Assembly: GCF_006345805.1 (NCBI RefSeq)
Contig: NC_043003.1
Location: 35,216,001-35,280,000, forward strand
Length of the DNA stretch: 64,000 bases
Reading direction: 5' to 3'
DNA from: Octopus sinensis
Taxonomy: Eukaryota
The notes beneath the pieces were generated by a model. The model did no database searches. It was given only the letters and a program-made list of their open reading frames with translations, and was not told the origin of the DNA. The translations under genes and the position numbers were made by a program. Below, in pieces: positions 26,160 to 40,686 of the stretch (position 1 is its first letter; each line of letters begins with the position of its first letter).

Positions 26160-26340
26160 GGCGGTGAGTTGGCAGAATCGTTAGCACGCCGGGCGAAATG
26201 CTTAGTGGTATTTCGTATGTTACCATTTTCTGAGTTCAAATTCCACCGAGGTTGACTTTGCCTTCATCCTTTCGAGGTCGAAGAATTAAGTGCCAGTTGA
26301 GTACTGGGGTTGATGTGCCTATAGTAGAAAGGATTATTTC
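26160..26340 (+). mobile_element. SINE family B copy
   Basis: ggcggtgagttggcagaatcgttagcacgccgggcgaaatgcttag...ctgagttcaaattccaccgaggttgactttgcc. Confidence 0.88.
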
Positions 26341-26590
26341 ATGCACTGTATCCAGTATATGCCATAGATTCTAGCCTTTTTCTTTCTATAGAGTGAATTG
26401 TATAATTTAAGGAATATTTGGTCCACATATTTTCGTGTATGTTCTATTATGCGTAGAGGCTCCTTTCGACCAGCTGAGGAAAAGTTTGCATTTGACTAAA
26501 CGAGGCCAGCCAGCTCTGATTGGAGAAGCTTATGAAAAAGTTATTCTAGCTTTGAGCAAGATATTTTTCTTAACACTACATATGAGCTAC

Positions 26591-26653
<63 letters not shown>

Positions 26654-26684
26654 TGTGTGTTTGTATATATGTGTGTGTGTGTGT

Positions 26685-26843
26685 AGGTGCAGGCGTGGGT
26701 GTGTGATAAGAAGCTTCCTTCCCAAACACATGGTTCTGGGTTCAGTCCACGGCGTGGCACGTTTGGTATTTCCTACTATGAACTCGGGACGACCAAAGCC
26801 TTTTAAGTGGATTTGATAGTTGACGGAAACTGGAAACGTCGAG

Positions 26844-26884
<41 letters not shown>

Positions 26885-27087
26885 GTGTGTGTCTGTATTT
26901 GTCACACCACCATCCGATGTTGGTGTGTTTATGTCCACGTAACTTAGTGGTTCGGCAAAAGAGATGGATCGAATAAATACTAGGCTTACAAAGAATAAGC
27001 CCTGGGGTCGATTTGTTCGTTTGAAGGTGGTGTTCCAGCATGGCTGCAGGAAAGTGACTGAAACATGTAAAAGAATAGAAAAATAAC
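26685..27087 (+). mobile_element. SINE family A copy
   Basis: Head ggtgcaggcgtgggtgtgtgataagaagc, internal (TA)n, tail ggtggtgttccagcatggctgcagg..gactgaaacatgtaaaag. Confidence 0.88.
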
Positions 27088-27097
27088 AGAATATATA

Positions 27098-27129
<32 letters not shown>

Positions 27130-27164
27130 TATATTATATATATAATATATATATATATACATAC

Positions 27165-27202
<38 letters not shown>

Positions 27203-27679
27203 ACTAATTATATACAATGGGACTCTTTCAGTTTCAATTATAGATTTCAAAGATTAACAGAATTAAGCATTCAATTGACTAAAATGTAGCCAAACCTTTA
27301 CCAAACTTGAATACCATTCTAAAATAACTTGTTGCTTCTCTATTAAAAAAAAAAATTAAAATTAAGAGTCACACCTTCAATGTTATTGTTTGGTTTCCAA
27401 CAATTTTCATTGCATTTTAAAATACTTTATGTACAGTCTTAACGAATTTAACAAGAAAAAGAGCCAACATCAACGTACCGGAATGAAACGTTAATTAAAT
27501 CTTACATGATTAAAGAAAAAGACATCTAGGAAATATTTTTACCGCAGATCTTTAAAGTTAACAGCGTTCGCAGGCTTCGTCAATGCCTTCTAAAAATGTT
27601 CTTCTCTGCTTTATTACCCATAAATCGCTAATAGCCAAATTTTACATAACCTAATCATAATACATCCATTCATCAATCG

Positions 27680-27768
27680 CTCCATCCAACCATCCATCCA
27701 TCCATCCATCCATCCATCCATCCATCCATGTATCCATCCATCCATCCATGTATCCTTCCATCAATCTA

Positions 27769-27829
<61 letters not shown>

Positions 27830-27892
27830 ATGTATGTATGTATGTATGTAGGTATGCATGTATGTATGCATATACGTATGTATGTATGTATG

Positions 27893-27957
<65 letters not shown>

Positions 27958-28040
27958 GTCTGTCTGTCTTTCTGTCTATCTGTCATTCTGTCAGTCAGTC
28001 TGGCTGGCTGGTTGGCTGCTCTATCTGTCTGTCTATCTAT
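27680..28040. repeat. Compound tetranucleotide array (CATC)n(CTGT)n(TATG)n(CTAT)n
   Basis: Direct reading. Confidence 0.92.
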
Positions 28041-28067
28041 ATTCTTTTCTGTGCATTTGTGTATGGG

Positions 28068-28223
28068 TCTTTAGCCTTGGGCTGACCAAAGCTTTGTGAG
28101 TTGATTTAGTAGACGGAAACTGAAAGAATCCCGTCATATATATACATAAATGTATGTATTTGTGTATGTGTTTGTCCCACTACCATCGCCTGACAACCGA
28201 TGTTGGTGTGTTTCCGTCCCTGT
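28068..28223 (+). mobile_element. SINE family A internal fragment
   Basis: gaccaaagctttgtgagttgatttagtagacggaaactgaaagaatcccgtc and tgacaaccgatgttggtgtgttt. Confidence 0.8.
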
Positions 28224-29819
28224 ATTTATATGTGGGTATGTGTGTGTATGTGTGTGTGCGCGCGCAGATATATATATATATAGAATAACTTTTGATATGT
28301 CTACGAACTTAAGTTTACTAAACATGCATTGACTTAAAGTTTGATCTATTCTCGAAATTGGATCTATTATTGGATCTATTCTCGAAATAATCTTTTTTCA
28401 CAATGGTTGCGAAATTTCACAGACACCAGCTTCATTCTAAATGCCTTTTGAGAAGCCTGTACCAACTATATCTCCTAGTGAAATGTGGCCATTTAAAATG
28501 TGTGTGTGTGCGCGCGTGTATGTAAATTTCGTTCTTCTATTAGCTTGATTTGAATAACTGATGTTCTCCATCGTTATCTGTGAGCAAAAGATCACCGGGA
28601 ACACTTACAACATATGGATATTAGATTGGAAAAAATGATGTTAAATAACGGTGGCTAAGATACGAATTCAACACAATGAAGAAGAAATCTGTGAAGCAGT
28701 ATGCTTTCTACATACAATTTTTCCACCTCTGTGAAACTTAAAACAAATGATTATACATAATTGCGAATTTTATTCGCTACCTCAACTTTTCAGAAGGTTA
28801 ACTGTAACATTGTTGCTCACAGGATAAATGCCTTGCCCTAGCTGTTGAAATATCTTTGTGTCGATGAAAATTTACATTTAATAAAATAGTATTGAATATC
28901 AGATAAGTTATAATAGGATTATTTTAAAAGAGACATGTGATTGATTACATTTTGGGTATTCACAAATTTTGAAGTGCAAACATTTGTTTGATATAACAGA
29001 GCAGGTTTTAAAATCTTATAAAATCGAATAGAACGTAAAATAGTAATATGTCTATAATCTCTCAGAGACTGTTAAGATACTGTAATATTTCTAGTGACTT
29101 TAGGCAAACCAATGGATTATAGGTCTGAAAACAAATTATCAATTACAGTTATAAGTAATTCTTATTTGATTAAAGGTTTTCAGATGGTTAAATTACATTT
29201 TATGGTAGTTTAATTTTGAATATTAGCGAAGATAATGCTAAACAGTGTATCAATAGGACTACGCTGAGACAGAATTCATAGAGATTATTAGAAACTTTAT
29301 GAAGAAAACTGCGTTTTAAAAACAAAGTTGTAGGATGCTCATCGAATTTTGGAATTGGATGAAATGTTTAATAAGATTACAGATTAACGGCTCAGGTAAA
29401 TTTCATATGCAAAATGTAGTAGTTTTTTAAATTACTGGAACTAGTACAACTAATAAAACTATAGGAGTTTTAAGAGTTCTATGATTGTATCAGAATAGAA
29501 TTATAAATGGATTAACGGGATTATATAGATTAATGTTACCGTTAATCGGATTATAAGGTCTGGGATAATATTAAGATCATAGTTTAAATAAAACTAGTAC
29601 AGCTAATGAAATTTAAAAATAAAATAAATGAATAATATCAGGTAATCATAAGAAGAAAAATTTCTATTATATCGATTGCAGAAGATTAAGAATTATTATG
29701 AAAATTAGAAATTGATAGATCTGTAAGGTCAATCACTATTTATCGAGCGTTAAGTGCACTTTACGATTGCTGTGTTTATGTGCTTATTTGTGTGTCGGTG
29801 TTTTTATGAGTAGTAATAT

Positions 29820-29867
<48 letters not shown>

Positions 29868-30849
29868 AGAGAGAGCAGGGAAGGACATAGGAGTGAAACC
29901 CTTTTGTAGCATTTTTAAATAATAATTGTAAATAATAAATTATTCGTTATAAAAACACTGCTTGTTAGTCTTCGAGCTTCACCATATATCAATGCATGAA
30001 GTGAACTACCAAAAATTGCAATGAACCTATTATGCATTGTGTCGGTTAAAAATCTGAACTTTAAATTCACCTAATAACTTGAAAGAATTATATTTTCTGT
30101 GTTTCTATTTATTTAAACATTTTTTTCCTTATTTGTCAGAGATCCTGATTATACGAACAGCTGTTTTTAATAGGATTACGTGCATTGTTATAATTGCTTG
30201 ATTTGTTAATTTTTCTTTCTTCCTTACTTTCTTTCATTTTTTTCTCATTAAACTTTTCATTTCTATATTTTTACTATTGCTATGGATATGGCATTCTATA
30301 TTTTTACCATTGCTATGGATATGGCATTCTCACTTTTACTTGAACGATGTCTGAAGAATTTTCTGAAAAAATGTGATTGTTCTCTGAGACATCTATATTA
30401 CTAGTACTAATATTGCATTATTATTTTTCTTTGACTTCTAAAGTTGCATTTGTATGAAGATGTAAGTTGTCAGATTATTGGCATTATCATATCTTTAAAA
30501 TCAAAAGTGTCATGACATGTATATTACGCTGTTTATTATTGTTCAGCTATAGTATATTACTTAACTTTTAAAATAATTCGCTTTATTAAACATTATAAGT
30601 CGATCATTAGCGTGGTCGGTGGATAGACGGATTAAACGTCATGTAGGATTCAGTGAGATTCTTGCACTTTCTGGGTTTATGTAGCAACGAAATTCACTTA
30701 GCTTTGTATCTTTGTAAAATTTACAATATGAATAACATGCACACACGGTGAAGAGGGTCAATGAATTATACTCTCCGCTATAAATTTCTAGCTAAAGGGG
30801 GAAAGGGAAATAATCAATATTTCAGCACCTTTGAATAGTGGCGGTTAGG

Positions 30850-31930
30850 ATGTACCCGACACGAGTAGAGATAACGTTGGTTTACTCGCTGACGATTGCA
30901 CAATTTTTGTCATCCTTCAGAACTATTCAATAATGAGAAAACTCTTCCTTATTGTTACTCTGACATACTAGATGTTGAATCACAGACTTTGGGAAATCTC
31001 TTGCGGTTTCCACCATTAATGGAACTACAGGAATTGAGACGCTTTCCAAGAGCATCTAGTAGGATTATTAGAACTCGTAAGCTTATCCATTGTTTTGTAA
31101 TTAACTCCGAAATACAGTAATTAAATACTGATGGATTCTGGATTTCAGTAAAGAAGCTAAATGTCCAAGAACACCTAGCAAGCAAAAAACCTTGCAGGTT
31201 TTAAATTCTGCCGTCACTCATCTGATTTTAACCAAGAAATCAACAAAATAGGTTGAATGAAAATTACTACGAAATAAAACGATTCATTAAGTGCAAGAAC
31301 AAAGGTTTCTTTGACTAGCAGAAAAAATCGACTGCAAGTCCAAATGGCTATCTTTATTAAAAGCTGAACAATCAACTGGGTCAACAAGGCAAGGGAAATT
31401 CCCACTTATATGACAGCTGTGGTTACTTCCTTGCTCTTAAGGACATTCTCAATCCGTTCACTTGCAGCCGAATGCTTCTACGTAGCAGTGACACTTTAGT
31501 CTTACTTCGAACAAAAAAAATGGAAAGAAAACATCAAAAATCCCCCAAATCTTTATCACAACCTCAAAATCTTGAAGTATAATCCAGTTACTGAAATGGA
31601 TAAAATTCCAGCAGCAGTTTTTCTGAGAAGGAAATATGCTACTCCAGAAGAATCTTTTATCAACTTATCAAGATATGTAGTTCTCTTGCTAGGTATTCTT
31701 GAATATGCATTGATTAGTATCATCCACAGGAAGAAACGAAACAAAGAAGACGGTATAATTCACTGAGTCTTCAAAAAGGGAGATATCTTAATCGACACAG
31801 GAATAGTGTTTACAAGACTGTAGTTGTCCTGGGTTATCTCTATGGTTTTGGAGCATGGACAACCTGTGTCTGTCATTTGAAAAACATTGGAAAGTTTTCA
31901 TCATTTCTAGAATTGAAACATTTGAAACAT
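30850..31930 (+). mobile_element. Highly decayed CR1/L2-group LINE ORF2 remnant
   Basis: Scattered plus-strand motifs in the expected order: PTR (APE end), RNKTIH..LAEKIDCKSKWLSLLK, MDKIPAAVFL, VFKKGD, VLEHGQPVSVI (LDxGxxVDVI-like). Many stops and frameshifts. Confidence 0.4.
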
Positions 31931-32199
31931 TCTTGATATCAGCTGGCAGGACTATGGATCGAAGACGAGACAATAAACATTGATGTAATTATCAACAAAA
32001 ACCAACTCAACTTAAAGGTGCAGGTTCATTCATCCGAATGATTTATATTCTCAACTGAAAGGAAAGAAAATGTTGAAAAGCTGAACAAATGAAATATATA
32101 ATTTTCTTTTTAATTCTGTATCTTCGACGGCGATATTCCACCTAAGGTGGAAAAGCTCAGATCCGCAGCGAGTTCAACATTTTGAAAAGAAACAATTGA

Positions 32200-32226
32200 T
32201 CATTTTGAAAATAAAGAATTGTACAC
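32200..32226 (-). CDS. Possible terminal coding exon segment of the minus-strand gene (..M-CTNSLFSK*)
   Basis: Very strong acceptor ttttcttttctttgcccttttttcttttaag|g. The phase matches the preceding exon (AT|G). An alternative acceptor at 32054 gives AT|T TGA. Confidence 0.3.
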   Translation of the reverse strand: MYNSLFSK

Positions 32227-32492
32227 CTTAAAAGAAAAAAGGGCAAAGAAAAGAAAACTTTTCCAACAAGATGTATAAATATGCTAAGTGGAAAGACATC
32301 TTTTTTTAATTTCACTCATAGAAGGAAATCACTTAAATAATATCTCCATAAAAGAAATTTATTGAAGGACTAGGTTAACTTTTTACGAGCTTCGAAGTAC
32401 TTTGTTGGTACTTTTGGTACTTTTCTAACATTACTGTTCGCGACTGTCAACATATCCCTTTACTTATTTATTGTGGTTTGCAGTTCACTTAC

Positions 32493-32564
32493 ATATTCAC
32501 AAAACCAGAGTGGTATCTGTGGTGGAGATGGGATAACGTAGATATTTTATATTTCGATGTATCA
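32493..32564 (-). CDS. Candidate exon C (72 nt) of minus-strand gene
   Basis: Acceptor tgtcattttacag| and donor |gtaagtg. Only one frame is open, (S)DTSKYKISTLSHLHHRYHSGFVN, and it is phase-compatible with exon B. Confidence 0.55.
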
Positions 32565-33100
32565 CTGTAAAATGACATTTCAAGGTTCAATTCACACCCC
32601 ACACCACATTTCATTTTAAGGAACGGCTTTGTTTATATAGTGTATCAAGTTAGATAACTAACCGTTTCTCGTATTCAATGAACTAACGTCTGCAAAGAAA
32701 TGGTAATGTTCCAACGAGTCGAATGTGTATTTTCGACTTATTGTTATCTTTATTCACTTTATCTATTAGTTAAACTTATCTTGTTCTTGAAGAAGTTTTT
32801 ATTCAATTCTAAAGATCAAAAAGATGTTTTCTTTTCATTCATTTTTTTTCTGTCTCTATCTTGATAAAATCGAATTGTTTACGACAAAAACTTCGTTTCA
32901 CCCATTTTGCAAACAAAATGTCGTGAATTCCGGTCAAATGTATCTTTCATCTGAAAGAATTCTTAAATATATATCGTTATAGCTATCTAAACAGGTACGC
33001 ACGGGATATCCACGCGTAACATATTTCAGTCATGATATAACATTTTAATCAGGAAAATACTTATCTCTCATAACCGAAGACCATAATTATGAACATTTAC

Positions 33101-33197
<97 letters not shown>

Positions 33198-33813
33198 ATT
33201 GTTAGACACTATATTAGATACTATGTATAACAGTCGAACTTCCTTCAAACTACACTAAACATATATAAAAATGGATAAATTTCTCAATTCATCTCTAATA
33301 TATAACAAAGCACAGATAAGTGTATCATGCTCCAAGTCTCAATCAGAATTGACCCGGATCTAAGCAAGAAGAACCAGCAACACAGCTATAAATTAATGTA
33401 AAGTTGAACATATTTTACGATCTTACAAACGCAACAATAGCGAAACCCGGTGGTACCAAATTCAAGTCACTAGAAAATGAATCCAGTTTAAATGTACAAC
33501 ATACTCTACACTATAAGTTAAATATCACCGTTCTTTTTCGTCCATGAAATACAACGTTTCAATGTATGTATGATGGCATATACAGATGTAATCATACTTG
33601 GATCAGATATAAAGTTAAGAGCTGAAAAATCACACACAAAAAGAAGTTGGATTCATGAATATTCGAGTGTGAGCTTGCATATGTCTACATGACACATACA
33701 TACAGACAGAAACACGTATCTGTGTATTGTACGCGTGAAATTAAATGCACACACAAATACATACATACATACATACATACATACAAACATACATACATAC
33801 ATACATACATACA

Positions 33814-33856
<43 letters not shown>

Positions 33857-34745
33857 AATATTAGGAGATGAGCATTTCAAAGTGTGAAATATTTTCCAAT
33901 CATTTCAATACAAGATTGTTGCATATATCAGTTATACGTCTATACCGGATAAATTTTCTTCTGGAATAATTTCCAGTGTTAGATTTAATCCGTTCTGGTT
34001 TGATATATGAAGCTGAAGTGGGAATCTGAATTTAACGGCGTTAGATGAGTTGTATTCAAGAAGATTACAATATTATTCGAATCTCTCTTTATTGATTGGA
34101 ATGTGTCCTGGTGTAAGTGTACACGTGAAAAAAAAATTTAATTAATTCCAAAAGAAGGAATATTTGAAACACCATACTGATGAATATAACACATCATGCA
34201 AATATATACACACACATACATACATACATAAATGCATAAACACACAAACACACACATTCATGTATGTATACATATGTATAAACACATATATATTGATAGA
34301 TAGATACATACGTAGAAATGTTATACAACACTAAAAATAAATATATATGTATACACATACACTCACATATATGTGTGAGTATGTGTGTGTAGATAGATGC
34401 ATATTTACATATATATTTACATACATCCATAAATAATTATATACATATACAAATATATGAACGTACACAGACATACATACTGATACAAAAAAAGGGAGTG
34501 AGAAAGACCAAGAGATAGTGAGAGAGAGAGAAAAGAGACGAACGGTAACCAATATCCCAAGAATGGAATAGATTGTAAGTAAGGAATGAGATGTCGTGAG
34601 AGAAGGATATGTGCATTATTTTTCGTCTGTGTGATTGGAACGTCACGCTGATTTTTGGCTAATATTCATCCTTCTTTATTACCTCTTAGTTAACGTCTTG
34701 TCCACTATTCTCTTCTTGTTGTCTGTCACTTTCTCTTTCTCTCTG

Positions 34746-34787
<42 letters not shown>

Positions 34788-36529
34788 CTTACTCTGTATC
34801 TCCGTCTCTCTGACTTTTTCCTCATTCCCTACAAATTTAGGAAGCTATGGAAGCATTTAGTAACTATATAGCCCCTAACGCATTTCAATTATATGCTATG
34901 TTTCCATAGGTGTATATGTGGCATTAGTACTCGTGCACTAAAGCGTAATATGAACACGTAAAACGAGTGCAATATCTATCTATATATACACCAATATACA
35001 TATGCACATAAATTCAGTGCTTCTGAAACATTTTTAACTGTCGCTCCTTTTATTTTGCATACATACTCGTAACGATTCTACACTCTCACTTATTATATTC
35101 CTTCACGTAATATCAATACAGTGAAATCTAATTCCAAGTATTGTATAACGCAGGAGAGTGCTGCAAACGAATTTATAATGCATCACTGTTGCAATTTGGT
35201 TGGTGACACAATCTCGAAGACTTAGCTTGGACCAAACTAAGTACGTATTTTGTTTCGTGCATGCCGCATACCTTCCAATATAAATTAATAATTATATCGT
35301 CATTTACGTGAGTATGTTTTATTTGTAAAGGCACACGCATACACACTTACAAACAATGATTTTTCTGTCCATGCTATTTGTATGTTTCTTTATAAGCGGG
35401 AGTAACCAGTAAGATTTGCAGATGCAAGGCACACTCATAGCGAGAATCATCTTATTGTTTGTAAATTACATTCTTAGGTGAGAGTTAACATTTAACAAGG
35501 CAGAAAGTCAGAACTGTAAAGATGAGGTCATTTCTCCCCAGTCGCCTAATTTGTTACCGGTTTCCATATGCAATGTTTCACATCTTCCATCAAGTGTGAT
35601 ACCGTCAAAATTCAGAAGTACTCTACTAATTCGTAACCATATATGCATATACACAAATACCTCCTATTGCTAGTGACTGATTTAAGTTCTCCTTATCTGC
35701 TAGGGAGAACTTAAATCTTAAAATAATCAGGCATACATAATGCAGTGAACGAATACGTATGTGCACATAAATAGGCTAGGAGACGTTGATAATTCAATTC
35801 ATAATAAGAGGATGGGAAAAAATATTTGTAATCGTCTTATAAACTTTTCCGAGAAAACAGTATACGTGAGACAGTCATGAACAAAAACGGTACTGTCCAT
35901 GAGTATTTTGAGATATAGAAAGATGAAAATCTGTTTACAGCTCCGTCTTTAAGCATGTCGTATAAATTTGTGCATGCATCGAACGAAACAACAGAGAGAG
36001 AGAGCGAGAGAGTTGGTGGGTGTTAGGAAGAAACACAAAGAGGGTGTTACAGTGAAATACAAGGAATTATAGACAGAAGGTGCAATTGATACAAAGGTAG
36101 ACATATCGAAATGGTGTATGAGAATGCTATCCAAATGGTTAGAGCACAAAGAAAAAGCAGTTGCACAGTGATTTAGTTCTAAAAGAGGATAATGATTAAA
36201 TAGCGATTTTCAGAGACACACATACATAATTACACCCACACATGCATGCACACACCCACACATACGAACGCACACACACGCGCGCACGCACGCAATTAGA
36301 ATTAAGTATGAAACGTGAGAGATTGGTATAGAAATGTCAAGCTATCCAAGAGAAGTGATAATAAGAAACAATTAAACAAGGAAGACATGGACAACAGTAT
36401 CAAAAACTGATCACAGGAAGGAGACGACGAAAGACGACAACAAAGGGTGAAATGAAGTGCCCGACAGGAGCCGCTTCACCCATGCAAACATGAAAAAGTG
36501 ATGGTAAAAAATGGTGACGACGTTGACGT

Positions 36530-36687
36530 TGATGATGATGATGATGATGATGATGATTATTATTATTATGATGATGATGATGATGAGAAGGAGGAGGATG
36601 ACGATGACGACGACGAGGGAGAGGAAGGGGAGAGGAAGAAGAGGAGAAGAAAATGAAGTAGTAGTAGTAGCAGCAGCAGCAGCAGTT

Positions 36688-36739
<52 letters not shown>

Positions 36740-36810
36740 CAACAGCAGTAGCAGCAGTAGCAACAGCAACAGCAGCGGTAGTTGTAGTAGTAGTAGTAGT
36801 AGTGGCAGCA
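36530..36810. repeat. Compound trinucleotide array (GAT)n(TAT)n(GAG/GAC)n(GTA)n(GCA)n
   Basis: Direct reading. Confidence 0.92.
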
Positions 36811-36814
36811 TATT

Positions 36815-36847
<33 letters not shown>

Positions 36848-37513
36848 GATACATACAAGTATATGTATACGTGTGCGTATTTATGTCTGTCACTTTCTAT
36901 CTCTCTGTCTATCTATAAATGTATATATATATATATATATATTCATATGTGTATGTGTGTGTTTGTGCGCGCGTGTGGTTGTATGTTTGTGTGTGGCTGT
37001 ATGTGTATGTATGTACATATTTAAATATAGATACATGAATATCGATAAAGTTCCTTCGAACAAGTGAAATGTAGAATGACTAGAAACCTATGTGTGTGTA
37101 TATGTGAATGAAAGGGAGAAGAAAAAGGATTCGTTCGGCAAAAGAAGGGCATGAATATGTTGAAAGAAGTGTAAATGGGAAAATGATGGTAAGCTGAAAA
37201 GAAAAAAAAAATAGTTGGTATATCAGAGAAGAGCTAACAAAAATAAATCTCTCAACCACATACAATATATATGTGTGCATGTGTGTGTGGGCGTGCGTGC
37301 GTGCATTTGCAAGTACGAACGAGCTTGGGACATTGTGCATATATGTAGTCATGCCTATGTATGTATATACACACACACTTTTTACGTATACGCACACACA
37401 CCTACGTATATGTATATATGTATATGTATATGTATATATATATATATGTATATATATGTATGTATATATACATATATACTTACATATATATATATAAGCT
37501 TGAATGTGTATGC

Positions 37514-37544
<31 letters not shown>

Positions 37545-37667
37545 TTATATACATACACATATACATATATTGATATGTATATATAGGTATATATGTGTAT
37601 ATATACATCTATATCTATATATCTATCTATATACATATATATATATATATTTTATGTCCTATATATA

Positions 37668-37706
<39 letters not shown>

Positions 37707-38340
37707 CATAAAATATAAAAATATAAGAATATTAGAATCAGTAAAAAAGAAGACAAGTGTAGAGATGGCAGCATGGAAATCAGAGAGGGAAGTTGGTTTA
37801 CATAGAAGTCTAGGAGTGACATAAAAATAAAAGAAAATAAGAAAAGAAAAAAACACAGAAAGCAAAATCGGGATACAAGGCAGAAGGGGGAGTGAAAGAA
37901 GAGGAATGGGAAAGAAAGAGAACATAAGACAGGAAAAAAAATGCTGAAAACTTCTAAGAAGTAAAAATAAAACAAACTGAAATTGAATCATATTTCTGTA
38001 TGCGAATGAATGAATGGATGAGTGAATAGTCACTGTGTATATTCGATAAAAAGACATTTTCGTGAACTACATGTAAAGAGAAATAAATAACTATATAAAT
38101 AAATAAAATATGGAAGCAAAGGAAGCTTGTTGTGTTAAAGAATGAGCGGTGAGGTGTAATGTTAGTTTGACTACTACTGATGTAATTGTAGCTGAAATAT
38201 AAAAAGGTTATCTGTGTAAGGAACTGGTGGAATTATATATAACACACTGGCTTTACAAAAGTATCCGACGACATTTGCTACACCAATAAGAAAACTTCAA
38301 GAATGAAAAGGAAATATGGGGTGTGAACGCACACTCATAC

Positions 38341-38371
<31 letters not shown>

Positions 38372-39166
38372 ATACACACACGCACACACGAGCACACGCA
38401 CGTGTCTATGTGTTTATGAATGGATGGATGTGTGTGCGTATGTGTAGTTGGATGGGTTTCTATATGCATATGAATTCTTAGAAAGATGATTAAAAATATG
38501 GTTAGGTTTATATAAGCCTTTCTTTGGAAAACTGTATGAGCCTTAAATTTCTTATTGTTGTTGTTGTTATTATTATTATTATTATTATCGTCATCATCAG
38601 CATCATCATTATTATCATTATCCTTATTATTATTTTCTTTCAGCAGAAAAAAAAAGCTGTGTCTCGGCATGCCTTATAAGAAATGGCTTATTGAAGTATT
38701 TCTGAATATGGAACTGTGTGACTGAAACATTGATATAAAGAGACATTCAAAGAACGTTGCATGACCGAAAAAAAAACTTTACTATAAATTTTATGTACTA
38801 TATTTATATATTCTATTTACTTAATATATTTTCATATATTTAAAGTTCAAATGGAGTTGTTAAATATAAGAAGGGGCAACTCTGTATACGCTACAGAAAA
38901 TATAAAAGTAAAGAAAAAGAAGAAAATCTACCAAAGAATTCGTGAATCGTTAATCTATTGAAAAGTTTAGAATGTTTTTGAGATTTTCATGAAGTAAAAT
39001 TAGGAATATTGGTGACATATCAAAAGATATGAAAATTACACTTTCTTTCTTCTTTCTTCCACCCCCACCTTTTTTGTTGCCCATAAATCCAAAGCATCTC
39101 GGGATTTTCAAAGCGTTTTGTCAGTATGTAAACGACCCTCTTTCAACGGGACTCCAGTTAATTATA

Positions 39167-39311
39167 AGGTTTCAAATTTTTGACACAAGGCCAGCAGTCT
39201 TGGCGGAAGTGGGAAGTCGATTATATCGACCCCAGTGCTCATCCAGTACATTTTTGTCGACCCGCTAAGCATTTTGCCTGGGATGCTAAACATTTTCACA
39301 GCTCGTTGCCT
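39167..39311 (-). mobile_element. SINE family B copy with internal deletion
   Basis: ggtttcaaattttgacacaaggccagc tail, aagtcgattatatcgaccccagtgctc core, and ccgctaagcattttgcctgggatgctaa head. Confidence 0.75.
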
Positions 39312-40177
39312 TTCAGTTAGTTGTTAAGTCCCAGGTATAACTGCTACTTATTTTAGTTGAGTTAGGGGAAACTTCCTTGCTCCAGGAAAAAAAAATGCTA
39401 CCTTTTCAGAGTGTTTGAACCCACTGTGTATTGCTCATGATCCTAAACACAGGGCAGACATCTTTACGTAGTTAAGAATAATTTCCAAATACCTAGTCTA
39501 CAGATCACCGACTACTTTGCAGCTCGATAATCTAGAAATGGCAGCAAAGTAGCACTCAGATTATCTTGAATAAGGATTTGTTAGATGATGTAACTATTAA
39601 TATTATTTCAGAGATAAAGTAATTCTTCGTACATATACTGAGTTTTTAAGATTTGTGTGTGTGTGTGTGTGTGTGTGTGAAATCGTATGTTTAAACAGAT
39701 ATAGTTATATTTGGGGACGGTCATTTTTCCAATGAAAACACGCACTATTTATGTAATATTCACTTTAGTTTTATTATTGGATATTGTTTATTTATCAAAG
39801 TTCTTTTGTTACAAATGCTGATCATGAGGTCATTTAAGAGGTCACAGGATATGTGACGAATGATCTCTGACAAATAACCAACCACGAATAATATAGCTGA
39901 AGCGAAGATCAAATAAATAGTGCGTGTTTATTGGCAAGATGACAGTCCCTAAATGTAACAATAAAGTAATGCTACATTAATAGAAAAAAAGACACGATAG
40001 CCATGGCAGGAAATTCTTTTCATTATTACTCAGTACATTCATGCACAATTTAGTTGCATGTAGACTATTTCAAGTGATATACATGTGTATGTGTGTATGT
40101 TTGTTTGCTTGTGTGTGTGTGGGGGGGTGTTTTGTACTGAAAATAAACTATGGTGTTATCTCCAACAATATAGAAAC

Positions 40178-40287
40178 CTGTATCTCCGTAGATCTAACTC
40201 TGTATCAGTGGGACTGTGGAATCTCCTCATTTTCTCCATGTTTACATTTGTCATCGACCTATCTCGACCTTGCTTAAAAGGATATTG
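40178..40287 (-). CDS. Candidate exon B (110 nt) of minus-strand gene
   Basis: Acceptor ttgttctttctgcag| and donor CAG|gtttct (weaker). The only open frame is QYPFKQGRDRSMTNVNMEKMRRFHSPTDTELDLRRY(S), phase 0 in and phase 2 out. Confidence 0.55.
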
Positions 40288-40642
40288 CTGCAGAAAGAAC
40301 AATCTCTCCAATATCAAATTGTAATTTTAAATTTTAATTACTTTCAGGCACATGTATGAATCCCAAGTTATAATTACATTAATTGCCAAAAATTATCAGC
40401 TGATAAATCAGCTCCAACCATATCAACTATATTTATGCTACGGATGTGTTCAATAGTCAATGCTTTAAACGTTCAGCGCAAGGAAGACACAAAGGGGAGG
40501 GAGAGGGAGAGAGAGAAAGACAGCGAGAGTAGGGAGAGTGAAGAGAAAAGGAGAGAAAGAAAAGACACTTGCACATACATGTGTGGGGCTGTATTGCAAT
40601 AAACAACAAAAGGAAGATAACATATGTTTTAGGTCAATGCTT

Positions 40643-40686
<44 letters not shown>

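Noticed and set aside
30340-30395. CTGAAGA ATTTTCT GAAA motif
   Set aside because: No stem II, stem III or cleavage-site pairing.
36411-36893. 160-aa ORF with poly-Thr, poly-Ala and poly-Ile
   Set aside because: Produced entirely by compound trinucleotide microsatellites open in several frames; no domain or splice support.
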